IMG/VR virus record: IMGVR_UViG_2684623061_000002
Location: 1-64,000 of that record
Direction: 5' to 3' (one strand)
From: a virus
Taxonomy: Duplodnaviria; Caudoviricetes
DNA length: 64,000 bases
Of this stretch, positions 38,513 to 46,847 are shown in pieces; positions within the stretch are counted from its first letter, which is position 1, and each line of letters opens with the position of its first letter. The position numbers and the translations under genes are program-made. The notes below the pieces were generated by a model that worked only from the letters and a program-made list of their open reading frames with translations, had not been told where the DNA came from and did no database searches.

Positions 38513-38827
38513 ATGGATAAATCCCAAATTTCTGAAGCGCTGCGATTGCTACGCTCATATCATGATCTGAGCCAAATTGATTTGGCGGCTCAGTTGAATA
38601 TTTCACGCTCCTATCTATCCGAGTTGGAAAGCGGTAAGCGACAGCCGAGCTTGGAACTGCTGAAGAATTATTCGCAGCATTTTAATGTGCCACTATCGGC
38701 AATTCTTTTGTTTTCTGAGTCGGTTGAATCTGGGGCCGTTGCGGAGCAGGCGCGTAAGGTTTCAACGAATGCTGCGCTTAAGTTGTTGAGTTGGGTTGAC
38801 AGTCATCGACGCGGCAAGGCTGCATGA
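38513..38827 (+). CDS. XRE-family HTH protein, retron-associated
   Basis: LSQIDLAAQLNISRSYLSELESGKRQPS; GGAG RBS; ATGA overlap with RT. Confidence 0.92.
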   Translation: MDKSQISEALRLLRSYHDLSQIDLAAQLNISRSYLSELESGKRQPSLELLKNYSQHFNVPLSAILLFSESVESGAVAEQARKVSTNAALKLLSWVDSHRRGKAA

Positions 38828-39759
38828 GCAAAGTTCTTCGCAAGTCCTATCCTGCTGCGCAATCGCCCTTATTTAGGTTGCGATCGAAGGCAAGGCTTGC
38901 GGAGTTGCTTGACGAAACTCCCAGACGGGTTCGAGAACTGATCACAGATAAGAACTACTGTGAATGGTTCACGAAGGCAAAGTACCCTGATTCCACGCAT
39001 CCGGCGTTAGTGCACAAACCAAGGGCGATTCAACAGCCTTTGGGGGCGTTGGATATGGCCCAGCGGCGATTGAATTCATTATTGTCGCGCATCGAATTGC
39101 CGGACTATCTGCACTCTGCGAGAAAGGGTAGGTCTTACCGGACCAACGCCGCTGCTCATTCCTCAGCTGGCCGGGCTATAAAAGTAGACATTCGCCAGTT
39201 CTACAGAAGCATCAACGATAGCTACATCCATGCATTCTTCAGGGATGTAATGGAATGCAGTCCAGACGTGACGCATATTCTTACAGAGCTAGCATCATTC
39301 GAGCGATATCTACCTACCGGAAGTTCATTGAGTCCGATAGTTTCATTTTTCGCCTACTGGCCCATGTTCGACAAGTTAAACAGCGTGGCGTCTTCAGTAG
39401 GTGCACAAATGACCGTGTACGTCGACGATGTAGTCATATCCGGTCCCGGCGTGTCCGGTTCTTTGATCCCGATTTGCAAGCGCATAATGAAAGATCACGG
39501 GCTGCGTGGTCATAAAGTTGCCTATTACCATTCAGGTAAGACTCGCGTGGTCACTGGCGTAGCTGTAAGTCCCAGAGGTCTTTCGATTCCCAATAAGCGA
39601 CTGATGAAGATTCGCGCTTTGCGCCAAGAAATGGATGCGGCAGTGGATCCTGCGACTAAAGCGCTTTACAAGCAGGCGGTGCTTGGACAGCTTAGGGAGG
39701 GCAGCCCGCTTGATCCGTCTTTTAGGACTTATAGTCAGGCGATCGAACGGATGGCGTAG
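38824..39759 (+). CDS. Retron-type reverse transcriptase
   Basis: NAAAH (region X), KVDIRQFY, LPTGSSLSP, YVDD, VTG (region Y). Confidence 0.95.
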   Translation: MSKVLRKSYPAAQSPLFRLRSKARLAELLDETPRRVRELITDKNYCEWFTKAKYPDSTHPALVHKPRAIQQPLGALDMAQRRLNSLLSRIELPDYLHSARKGRSYRTNAAAHSSAGRAIKVDIRQFYRSINDSYIHAFFRDVMECSPDVTHILTELASFERYLPTGSSLSPIVSFFAYWPMFDKLNSVASSVGAQMTVYVDDVVISGPGVSGSLIPICKRIMKDHGLRGHKVAYYHSGKTRVVTGVAVSPRGLSIPNKRLMKIRALRQEMDAAVDPATKALYKQAVLGQLREGSPLDPSFRTYSQAIERMA

Positions 39760-39908
39760 AGGGCTCGCCGGACACGTCAGTCCCCAGGTGCCCCAACACC
39801 AGCCGCCCCAGCCGCTCCCTTTGCTGGCGAAGGCGGAGGCCCGATCCCAGACTTAAATAGCGAAATCCGCAACGGTCAGCGCCCGATTACGGTCGAACGA
39901 GAAACAAT

Positions 39909-40199
39909 ATGGCTAAAGACACTCGCAAAACATCGAACACTAAAGGCGGCTCGAAATCGAAGTCCGCCGCCGGGACTGCAATTAAGAGCGATAAATCGGG
40001 AGCCTGGATAATTTCGAGCCGGAGTTCTAAGTCCGCGGCTGGGTCAGCATTGACGCAATCTGTTGGATCGCGGCGTGCGAGTAATGGCGAGTTCGTTCGG
40101 TTAGTACTGTCGTTGCCCGGCAAGAGCGGTTTGTCACGCGATAAGGTTGCGAAAGCCATAGACTCAGTTCAATCGAAGAAATCGAATAAAAAGGGCTGA
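39909..40199 (+). CDS. Small basic Ser/Lys-rich protein
   Basis: 96 aa, contains KSAAGTAI and KSAAGSALTQ; stop is 6 nt before the next gene. Confidence 0.7.
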   Translation: MAKDTRKTSNTKGGSKSKSAAGTAIKSDKSGAWIISSRSSKSAAGSALTQSVGSRRASNGEFVRLVLSLPGKSGLSRDKVAKAIDSVQSKKSNKKG

Positions 40200-40205
40200 T
40201 GCCAA

Positions 40206-40826
40206 ATGAAGACAGACTATGCGGCAAGTGTCTTTATTAATTGCCCATTTGACGCCGAGTACCGCGCGCTTCTTTTCGCTAAAGTTTTTGCCGTGTTTGA
40301 TTGCGGCTACTTGCCGCGTTGTTCTCAAGAAATTGAGGATGGCGGCGAGGTTCGGATTGAGAAGATAAGAAATATTATTCGTGAATGCAAATTCGGCGTA
40401 CATGATATTTCGAGAATTCAGGTGAATGGTGATCCGCCACTGCCTCGCTTCAATATGCCTTTTGAGTTAGGTCTCTTTGTCGGCGCCCGAATTTATGGTG
40501 GTGGAGACCAGAAGAAGAAAGTATGTTTAATTTTAGATGCTGATAAGTACCGTTATCAAAGGTCTCTGTCCGATATTGCCGGGCATGATATCCAAGAGCA
40601 TGGGAATGACCCGGAAATTGTTATTAAGAAAATAAGGAACTGGTTGCAGAATGCCACGCAGAGAAAGACCATTCCAGGCGGTCATATTATCGTCCAAAGG
40701 TACCGCCAGTTCATGGCTGAGCTTCCGGGTATCTGCGATACCCTAAATCTACAACAAGACACTTTGCTATTTAATGAGTTCGCTTTAATCGTAGAGACGT
40801 GGCTTAAGAAGAAGGACCCTGATTGA
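40206..40826 (+). CDS. TIR/nucleoside-deoxyribosyltransferase-like protein
   Basis: VFINCPFD, I..C..GVHD.S, NMPFELG, SDIAG.D; low GC. Confidence 0.72.
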   Translation: MKTDYAASVFINCPFDAEYRALLFAKVFAVFDCGYLPRCSQEIEDGGEVRIEKIRNIIRECKFGVHDISRIQVNGDPPLPRFNMPFELGLFVGARIYGGGDQKKKVCLILDADKYRYQRSLSDIAGHDIQEHGNDPEIVIKKIRNWLQNATQRKTIPGGHIIVQRYRQFMAELPGICDTLNLQQDTLLFNEFALIVETWLKKKDPD

Positions 40827-40877
40827 TGGTGGCTAGTGCACTCTTTCGTTGCACCAACTAAATAAAAGGTGACGATC

Positions 40878-41123
40878 ATGGCAAATAAGACCACAGGCTC
40901 CAAAGCAGCGACCTCTGCTTCGAACGTGCTGAAATCCAGCAGTACGGGTAAGGCATCCAAAGCGGCAGCTGGTAGCGCCCTCACTCAAAAAGGTAACGCG
41001 CGAGAGACGACGTCCAAAAAGGTGGCGACTCAGGCGTCTAACGTATTGCGCGACGGCCGTACTTCTCCCGAGTCGAAGAGCGCCGCCGGCAGTGCGCTAT
41101 CGCAAGCCAAGCGAAAGAAATAG
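40878..41123 (+). CDS. Small basic protein built from two 33-aa repeats
   Basis: TTGSKAATSASNVL...SKAAAGSALTQ and TTSKKVATQASNVL...SKSAAGSALSQ; AAAGGTG RBS. Confidence 0.8.
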   Translation: MANKTTGSKAATSASNVLKSSSTGKASKAAAGSALTQKGNARETTSKKVATQASNVLRDGRTSPESKSAAGSALSQAKRKK

Positions 41124-41163
41124 CTTGCTTTTGCCGGGAAAATTGGGGGGCGTGCAGACACTC

Positions 41164-41219
41164 AATCAACCACTTAACTAGATGTGTTCGGTAAAAATAC
41201 CCGATCTAAGTAGTTGATT
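41164..41219. promoter_or_regulatory. Two inverted IHF consensus sites in the att arm
   Basis: AATCAACCACTTA (41164-41176) and reverse AATCAACTACTTA (41207-41219) match WATCAANNNNTTR. Confidence 0.7.
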
Positions 41220-41236
41220 TGACAGCTAAGTTCATC

Positions 41237-41285
41237 AGACTTTTAATCTTTTGGTCGAAGGTTCGAATCCTTCACGACCCACCAA
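41237..41285 (+). repeat. att core: right end of prophage 1 and left end of prophage 2
   Basis: Exact copy of the tRNA-Lys 3' half (836-884). Confidence 0.96.
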
Positions 41286-41292
41286 TTTTCCA

Positions 41293-41316
41293 GGGGCTTC
41301 AGCGAAGCCCCCGTTT
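41293..41316 (+). terminator. Hairpin/terminator after the second att copy
   Basis: GGGGCTTC-AGC-GAAGCCCC with a short T run. Confidence 0.6.
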
Positions 41317-41342
41317 CCGCAATTACGGAAACTTTCCGCAAC

Positions 41343-42377
41343 TCATTTCGTCGGGGTGACCTTGTCGCCCCTGCGGTTGCGGATGTACTGCTCCGTCATC
41401 GTCACGGACGCGTGCCCCAATTGCTTCTGAGCCTGCCGGATGTCGCCGGCGGATTCCGCCTTGTCGGTTGCCGCCTTCGCGCGCAGGTCGCGCACCTGGA
41501 AGGCTGCCTTCGGCACCCCGGCCAGCCTTCGCGCCTTGTCGAAGCGATAGCGAAGCGCGCCAGGGGCGAGCGGGCGGCCGTCCTCGTCGACTATCAGCCG
41601 CGTGTGGTAGACCTCGCATGCGCGCTTCCTGGCCCTGATCCGCTCGATCACCTGCGCCAGCTCCCCTTCGACCGAAATCCGGCGCCGCTCCCTCGTCTTG
41701 CCCTGCTTGAGGTGCAAGAACCCGTCGCGTATGTCGGTGTCGTCGTACTTCCGCGTATCCGCCGGCCGCTGCCCGCAGAGATAGGCCAGGTCGAGTGCAT
41801 CGCGTAGCGGCTGGTCTGCCTGCGCGTAGACTGCGGCGAACACGTCGTCCTCGACGTACACGTCCCGGCCGCGCTCCTCGCTGCCCTGGATGCCCTTGCA
41901 TGGATTCTCCGCGTCCGTATAGCCCCACTGCCGCGCCTTGTTCCACATGTGCGAGAGCAGCGCCTTCTCGCGGTTCGCGCGCACCTTGGCCTTGGTGCCG
42001 TGCACCGTGCGCCAGTCCAGATACTGAGCGACATGCATCGGCCGCATGCTCGCAAGCGGCGCCGGCGGAGAGCCAAAGAACTCGCGCAGCTTGGCCAGTT
42101 CGCTGAGGTTTGACGTCTGCGTGCTCTCTGCCTTCGTCGGGATCACTTCGCGGGTGTAGCGATCGGCCAGGTGCGTGAACGTGATGATGTCGGGTACGGA
42201 GTGCTGTGCGGATTCCAGTTCAGCCCAACGTCGGACGGCCTCCGCATACACCCTTCCGAGCGAAAGCTCGCCCGGCTTCTTGGGGCGCTGGTCGTAGAAG
42301 TAATATGTGACCTTGCCGCGGACACGCGCAAGCATGCGCGGCGGCAGGTTGTGGAACCTGGATCGCTTCCGCCCCAT
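41343..42377 (-). CDS. Tyrosine recombinase / phage integrase
   Basis: GQRPAD, RDLRAKAATD, LGHASVTMTEQY. Confidence 0.95.
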   Translation of the reverse strand: MGRKRSRFHNLPPRMLARVRGKVTYYFYDQRPKKPGELSLGRVYAEAVRRWAELESAQHSVPDIITFTHLADRYTREVIPTKAESTQTSNLSELAKLREFFGSPPAPLASMRPMHVAQYLDWRTVHGTKAKVRANREKALLSHMWNKARQWGYTDAENPCKGIQGSEERGRDVYVEDDVFAAVYAQADQPLRDALDLAYLCGQRPADTRKYDDTDIRDGFLHLKQGKTRERRRISVEGELAQVIERIRARKRACEVYHTRLIVDEDGRPLAPGALRYRFDKARRLAGVPKAAFQVRDLRAKAATDKAESAGDIRQAQKQLGHASVTMTEQYIRNRRGDKVTPTK

Positions 42378-42379
42378 CG

Positions 42380-42604
42380 TCAGCTCGCCTTAGAAAGAAC
42401 TCGCGGGGTCCAGGCCTTCGGGTCTTGTGCCGCCGGAGTGCCGTCGACTGCGGAGACCGGCACGACAGGCCAGCCAGCCGCATTGATCGAATGGCGGATG
42501 CCGTTCTGCAACAGGTTGCGGATCTGGCCGGCCTTGGTGTGCGCGCCGGTCAGCTCGGCAACCTCACCGTGCGAGCCAGGCGTCAGTAACAGTCGTTCTC
42601 CCAT
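42380..42604 (-). CDS. Excisionase-like protein (DUF4224-like)
   Basis: VAELTG....AGQ...L..NGI.H.IN..GWPVV; directly upstream of the integrase. Confidence 0.78.
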   Translation of the reverse strand: MGERLLLTPGSHGEVAELTGAHTKAGQIRNLLQNGIRHSINAAGWPVVPVSAVDGTPAAQDPKAWTPRVLSKAS

Positions 42605-43215
42605 CACCCCTCCCCGCGCCGAGCGCTGGTGTCCAACCGCTTGAACTCGACCGCCCACACCCAGGGGTTCGCGTCCCAGTCGCCGCCGGTGCTGGCCCAC
42701 AGCCGTCGGAAGCGCTCGCGCGCGTAGCCGGCAACGCTGGTGTTGGTGCGATCTACGCCCTCGGCCCCAGCGTCGGCGTCGCTGATGCCCTGCAGCCGCT
42801 CGACGCGCACGCCGGTGACTTCCAGCACGATGCGGCAGGCCCAGCGCGGCATGTGGATGGCAGGCCGGCGGCGGTCAGATAGGTGCCACCATCGGGCTTT
42901 GTCCGGCTCGCCGTCAGCCACATACCACAGTGGCTTGTTCCCGAATTTCGTCGGTGGCAGTTCGTCGTATCCGCGCGATGCGATGAAGGTCTCTCGCACC
43001 CACAGCCGGTCGCCGGGCTGTCCGTAGGGGCAGGCGGCGACCGCATCAGGATCGGCAATGTGCCATTGCTTTGCCGCGCCGCGCTGAACGCGTCCGGCCA
43101 TGTTGAGTTTCACCAGGCGCCGCGTCTGCGTCTTGGTGCCGTTGAGGATCGCGCGCACCATCGGCGCGCTGAAGAGGATCGGGCGCTCGCGAGCACTGGT
43201 GTTCGTGGTCTTCAT
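42604..43215 (-). CDS. Phage ASCH/PUA-like hypothetical protein
   Basis: ERPILFSAPMVRAIL.G.KTQTRR, GDRLWVRE, ANPWVW.VEF. Confidence 0.85.
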   Translation of the reverse strand: MKTTNTSARERPILFSAPMVRAILNGTKTQTRRLVKLNMAGRVQRGAAKQWHIADPDAVAACPYGQPGDRLWVRETFIASRGYDELPPTKFGNKPLWYVADGEPDKARWWHLSDRRRPAIHMPRWACRIVLEVTGVRVERLQGISDADAGAEGVDRTNTSVAGYARERFRRLWASTGGDWDANPWVWAVEFKRLDTSARRGEG

Positions 43216-44192
43216 GCTGCGGCCCTCAGGTCTCGTTTGGCCTCGAGGTAGGGGCGGATGAAGACGCTCGCCGGCCTCGGGTCGATCGCGTTTCCGAGGG
43301 CGCGCAGCTTAGCCACTCGGGCGGGTATCCCATTACCCAGCCAGCGAACTCGGGGTGGAGGGAGCGCCCGCCATTTTCCGTCGGGGCATTCGACGTAATG
43401 GCGGCCGTCGATACCTGCGACGGCAGCGGCGAACCCCCGGCTCCGAAACTCATGCTCGGTCCACCCTTCGCCCCATCCGAGGCCCGCAAGGTCGACCACA
43501 GGGCGAGCACCACCTCGTTCAAAGGCCTGGCGTTGCGCGACAAGGTTGCTTCGCTCGCCGCCGCCGACTTCCAATCCCTCGCTGTCGCTGTCGCTGTCGC
43601 TGTCGGCCAGAGGCCGAGCAGGATTGATCGGATCGCCACCTGCCCCGCAGAGTTGCCCCCCTCGTTGTTGCCATTGCGCGCCGGCGCGTTGCTGGTCATC
43701 GTCGGCCACAATCCAATAGCGATCCCGGAAATGGTCCGCGTCTGCGCTCGCGGCTTCGACTGGTCGCGCTGCCACGGCGTAACCCATGGCTTCCAGGTCA
43801 CCGAACAGGAGACCGAGCCACTGAGTAGCGCTCGCAACTTGCTCTCCAAAGAGCACGCTAGGGCGGCGCTGCTGGATGAGGTGCTGCCATGCCGGCCAGA
43901 GATGCCGCTCGTCTTCAAACCCAGCGCCTTTACCTGCGACGCTGAAAGGCTGGCAAGGGCAGCTACCAGTCCAGACGGGCTGATCGTCCGGCCATCCGGC
44001 AAGACGAAGGGCGTAAGACCATCCCCCGATGCCGGCAAAGAAATGACACTGGGTGAACTCGGTGAGTTCGTCGGGTCGGACATCCTCGATGCTCCTTTCG
44101 TCGACCACGCCAGGCGCGATCAGGCCGGCTTCAATGAGGTTGCGCAGCCACTGCGCAGCGTAGGGGTCGAACTCGTTGTAGTAGGCCGTCAT
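43212..44192 (-). CDS. DNA (cytosine-5) methyltransferase, large subunit
   Basis: FFAGIGG (I), GSCPCQPFS (IV), GEQV (VI), RDR (VIII), GNAI (X); start re-called at MTAYYNE. Confidence 0.92.
   Translation of the reverse strand: MTAYYNEFDPYAAQWLRNLIEAGLIAPGVVDERSIEDVRPDELTEFTQCHFFAGIGGWSYALRLAGWPDDQPVWTGSCPCQPFSVAGKGAGFEDERHLWPAWQHLIQQRRPSVLFGEQVASATQWLGLLFGDLEAMGYAVAARPVEAASADADHFRDRYWIVADDDQQRAGAQWQQRGGQLCGAGGDPINPARPLADSDSDSDSEGLEVGGGERSNLVAQRQAFERGGARPVVDLAGLGWGEGWTEHEFRSRGFAAAVAGIDGRHYVECPDGKWRALPPPRVRWLGNGIPARVAKLRALGNAIDPRPASVFIRPYLEAKRDLRAAA
43226..44083 (-). CDS. Nested alternative-frame methyltransferase subunit carrying a motif IX-like segment
   Basis: 285-codon open frame inside the MTase ending LHPEFAGWVMGYPPEW; true start unknown. 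Confidence 0.65.
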   Translation of the reverse strand: MSDPTNSPSSPSVISLPASGDGLTPFVLPDGRTISPSGLVAALASLSASQVKALGLKTSGISGRHGSTSSSSAALACSLESKLRALLSGSVSCSVTWKPWVTPWQRDQSKPRAQTRTISGIAIGLWPTMTSNAPARNGNNEGGNSAGQVAIRSILLGLWPTATATATARDWKSAAASEATLSRNARPLNEVVLALWSTLRASDGAKGGPSMSFGAGGSPLPSQVSTAAITSNAPTENGGRSLHPEFAGWVMGYPPEWLSCAPSETRSTRGRRASSSAPTSRPNET

Positions 44193-44413
44193 GCTTTGCT
44201 CCACGGCCATTTGAAGTTGAAGATGTCTTGGAGGAAGACCCAGGGTTTGAGCAGGCCGGCGTTCACGATGAACTCTGGGCCGGCGTTGCAGCCCTCCAGG
44301 ATCTCGACTCCATGCGAGCGCCAGTAGTCCAGGTTCGCCGGATCGTCCAGCACCTCGAACCAGAACGAGGACGTTGCCGTCTTGACGTGCAGGTGCAGCC
44401 ACTTCTTAGTCAT
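44189..44413 (-). CDS. Phage hypothetical protein
   Basis: ATGA-coupled to the MTase. Confidence 0.6.
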   Translation of the reverse strand: MTKKWLHLHVKTATSSFWFEVLDDPANLDYWRSHGVEILEGCNAGPEFIVNAGLLKPWVFLQDIFNFKWPWSKA

Positions 44414-44876
44414 GCCCATCCCTCTCGGCGGCGCGGGCGGCGTAGTTCGAAACGATGGATTCCACGGCCACGCGCAAGAACGCATCGGGACACGCCAGGC
44501 GGTCAAGGTCAGTTCTCACCTTCTCGGCCAGAGCCCATGCGTCATCTCGCGCTATCGCCGCATCCTCGTCGTCCTGCGAGGGCGGGGCGGAGTAGAGCTT
44601 CGTGCCGACAGGAGGGCGCCCATGCGACGGTGGATTGGCCCACACAATTTCAACGCCAACCGCGTTGGACACGACGACGGCTACCTCCTGCGCGCCCTCC
44701 GGCGCTGCGGCGTCGATCTCGAAAGCGCGGCGCAACACCTCGGCCTCAACCCCGCGCCGCCAGTTGTAGACGGAGCTTCCACGCTGGCGATCTTCGTCGC
44801 CGCGAGGCATTGCAACCGTAGCTTCGGCGTACTCAAGGAACGCGTGCGCAATCGCGCGATCCGAGGGCCGGCTCAT
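44406..44876 (-). CDS. Phage hypothetical protein
   Basis: Overlap-coupled in the left early operon. Confidence 0.6.
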   Translation of the reverse strand: MSRPSDRAIAHAFLEYAEATVAMPRGDEDRQRGSSVYNWRRGVEAEVLRRAFEIDAAAPEGAQEVAVVVSNAVGVEIVWANPPSHGRPPVGTKLYSAPPSQDDEDAAIARDDAWALAEKVRTDLDRLACPDAFLRVAVESIVSNYAARAAERDGHD

Positions 44877-45340
44877 GACTCTCTCCAGGTCGTTCCGTTG
44901 CGAATGTATTGAATGGTCCTTCGGCTAACCCCGAAGCGCCTCAGTAGAATTCTGGTTGGCTCGGAAGAAGCGCGTATTGACGCAACATCGGCCTCATCGA
45001 GTCTTGCTCGACCATTAGAGCTACCGCTAAGCGAAGCCTGCCGGCCTTTGTTAGTCATGTCGGACATGTTCTCGTCATGGCTCCCAAGGAACAAATGCGA
45101 TGGGTTTACACACAGCCGCGTATCGCATTTGTGACACACCAGTTGCCCAGGCGGGATCTCTCCGTTATGCGTCGAATAAAAGAGCCGATGAGCCATAACA
45201 GATCGGCCATTACGAATGCATTGGCCGTACCCCTTCGTGCAAACGCGACCCAGCCAGAGCCAGCACCCAGCCTCCGGAACTGGCGTGTAGTTGCTCAGGG
45301 CGCGCTCAGTGAAGCTTTCTCGGCACAGGCGGTCAGTCAT
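44873..45340 (-). CDS. HNH homing-type endonuclease
   Basis: CWLW.G, AHR, VCHKCD...CVNPSHL..G...EN..D. Confidence 0.93.
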   Translation of the reverse strand: MTDRLCRESFTERALSNYTPVPEAGCWLWLGRVCTKGYGQCIRNGRSVMAHRLFYSTHNGEIPPGQLVCHKCDTRLCVNPSHLFLGSHDENMSDMTNKGRQASLSGSSNGRARLDEADVASIRASSEPTRILLRRFGVSRRTIQYIRNGTTWRES

Positions 45341-45479
45341 GGAATGTCTCCGCGATCAAGGCCGTTGCGGCTAGCGCCAGGAGCGCAAAGAATCCGCCCG
45401 CAAAGGGGCTTGCGAATATGGCTACCACTGCCGCTATCGCCCACGGGAAGGCCAGTGCGCACGCAGTCGTGATCTTCAT
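45333..45479 (-). CDS. Small membrane protein (48 aa, not in the ORF track)
   Basis: MKITTACALAFPWAIAAVVAIF...; fills the gap with coupled start and stop. Confidence 0.5.
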   Translation of the reverse strand: MKITTACALAFPWAIAAVVAIFASPFAGGFFALLALAATALIAETFHD

Positions 45480-46387
45480 CACTCCCCCTGCTTCAGCGCG
45501 GCGGTGAGGGCGGCATCGACCAGTTCAGCCATGCGGCTATCGTCGTTGGTGATGATGTGGAAGTCGTCCGGACCCATCGTGTTGTATGACCACGCGCTCC
45601 ACACTCGCGTGCAGTCCATCGCATCACCGAGAGCATCAGCCAATGCATCCAAAACGCGCTGGCGCTGGCCCTCATCGACCACCACCGAAGGCGCAGCGGC
45701 CACGTCCCAAGTGTCGGCCTTGCCGCGCGTTTCGACCCGCTCGACACCTACGGTCGGAACATCGGCCGGACGCCAGATACAGCCGCACGCGTGGCACAGG
45801 TGCGAGCGATGCGGCGGGTTCGTCCAGTCGGCCACCTCGGCGAAGCCATCGCCGGACGGAATGTCGCGGGTCTCGGGCGCGTCGATGTGCTGCTTCCCGC
45901 AGATCGGGCACAGCAAGATCATCGGGATCGGTTCCGCCACCGGCTCAGCGGGCGCGGCGGCGAGCATGGCCTCGCGGCACTTGTTCCAGCCCGCGTTGAA
46001 CGCATCGTCATCGCCGTTGCCGTCGTCGGGCAGGCGCTTATCCGGCACCAGCAACACCCCGGCCGGCGCGGTGGGCTGCGCCTCGCCGGCTGCGGTGAGG
46101 AGGGCGACAACCTCAGCGGCAACCGACTCCGTCTTTTCGCGCAAGCCGTGCCCAATACGATCAGCAAGCAACTTCGCGACTTGGTCTCGCAATCCGATCT
46201 CGGTGGTGTTCATGTCGTTCTCCTCCGCGCGGTCGGCCTTCTTCAAATCGGCGATCAGCGGGATCAGGTTGTAGAAGCGGTTCGCGATGGCCTTGTCACC
46301 TTGCCTACCTCGCACCGCGTAGAAGTCGCCGTCGAACAGGGCCTGCGACAGGAGGGCTCGGTAGGCGGTGGCGCGTTCTGGAGTCAT
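45479..46387 (-). CDS. Phage hypothetical mosaic protein
   Basis: CPICG.QHID and H.SHLC..CG..W motifs; start re-called at MTPERA. Confidence 0.65.
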   Translation of the reverse strand: MTPERATAYRALLSQALFDGDFYAVRGRQGDKAIANRFYNLIPLIADLKKADRAEENDMNTTEIGLRDQVAKLLADRIGHGLREKTESVAAEVVALLTAAGEAQPTAPAGVLLVPDKRLPDDGNGDDDAFNAGWNKCREAMLAAAPAEPVAEPIPMILLCPICGKQHIDAPETRDIPSGDGFAEVADWTNPPHRSHLCHACGCIWRPADVPTVGVERVETRGKADTWDVAAAPSVVVDEGQRQRVLDALADALGDAMDCTRVWSAWSYNTMGPDDFHIITNDDSRMAELVDAALTAALKQGE

Positions 46388-46439
46388 AGAAGTGATGCCG
46401 GCACGGTGGGGGAGGTCAGGGCCGCGCCGGCATCTGGGG

Positions 46440-46751
46440 TCAGACGGTGAGGCGTTCGAGGATCGAGCCGATGTGCGAGTTGATGTCGCGCTGGGAGCCG
46501 ATGCGGTCGTCGAGTTCGCCGCACAGAGCAGAGGGGGCGAGGCGACCCGCAGCTTCCTTCGCCGCATTGGTGGGCGGATGGCTACCGAGGATGGAGTCGA
46601 GCCTGCTCTCCAGTTCCGACAGCAACCTGTTGGTCGCGGCCTGGTCTTCGCGCAACTCCAGGATGCGCGACATCGTTTGCGACGCCGGCTGTGCCTGCGG
46701 CGTTGCGCTCGCACCGACGCTGTTGACGGGGTTGGTGCTGTAATTGCTCAT
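46440..46751 (-). CDS. Phage hypothetical coiled-coil protein
   Basis: GGAG RBS, start MSNYST. Confidence 0.6.
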   Translation of the reverse strand: MSNYSTNPVNSVGASATPQAQPASQTMSRILELREDQAATNRLLSELESRLDSILGSHPPTNAAKEAAGRLAPSALCGELDDRIGSQRDINSHIGSILERLTV

Positions 46752-46847
46752 GTGGTTCTCCAAGGAATACAACGGGGAAGATCGACACCCGACGCGCCGC
46801 ACGGGTCACGGATTCCGGCAGCGGCGCCGGGTGTCGAGGGGGAGGGG

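Larger units (their letters stand above)
836..41285. mobile_element. Prophage 1: apparently complete P2-like prophage integrated in tRNA-Lys
   Basis: 49-bp direct repeats 836-884 and 41237-41285; integrase at the left end; full P2-type head, tail and lysis gene set. Confidence 0.95.

Noticed and set aside
38824-39759. DGR or group II intron RT
   Set aside because: Retron-specific NAxxH and VTG motifs, no maturase domain, and no template/variable repeat pair seen with the tail fiber
41237-41285. Second tRNA-Lys gene
   Set aside because: Only the 3' part is present, with no 5' acceptor strand or D arm; it is the att duplication
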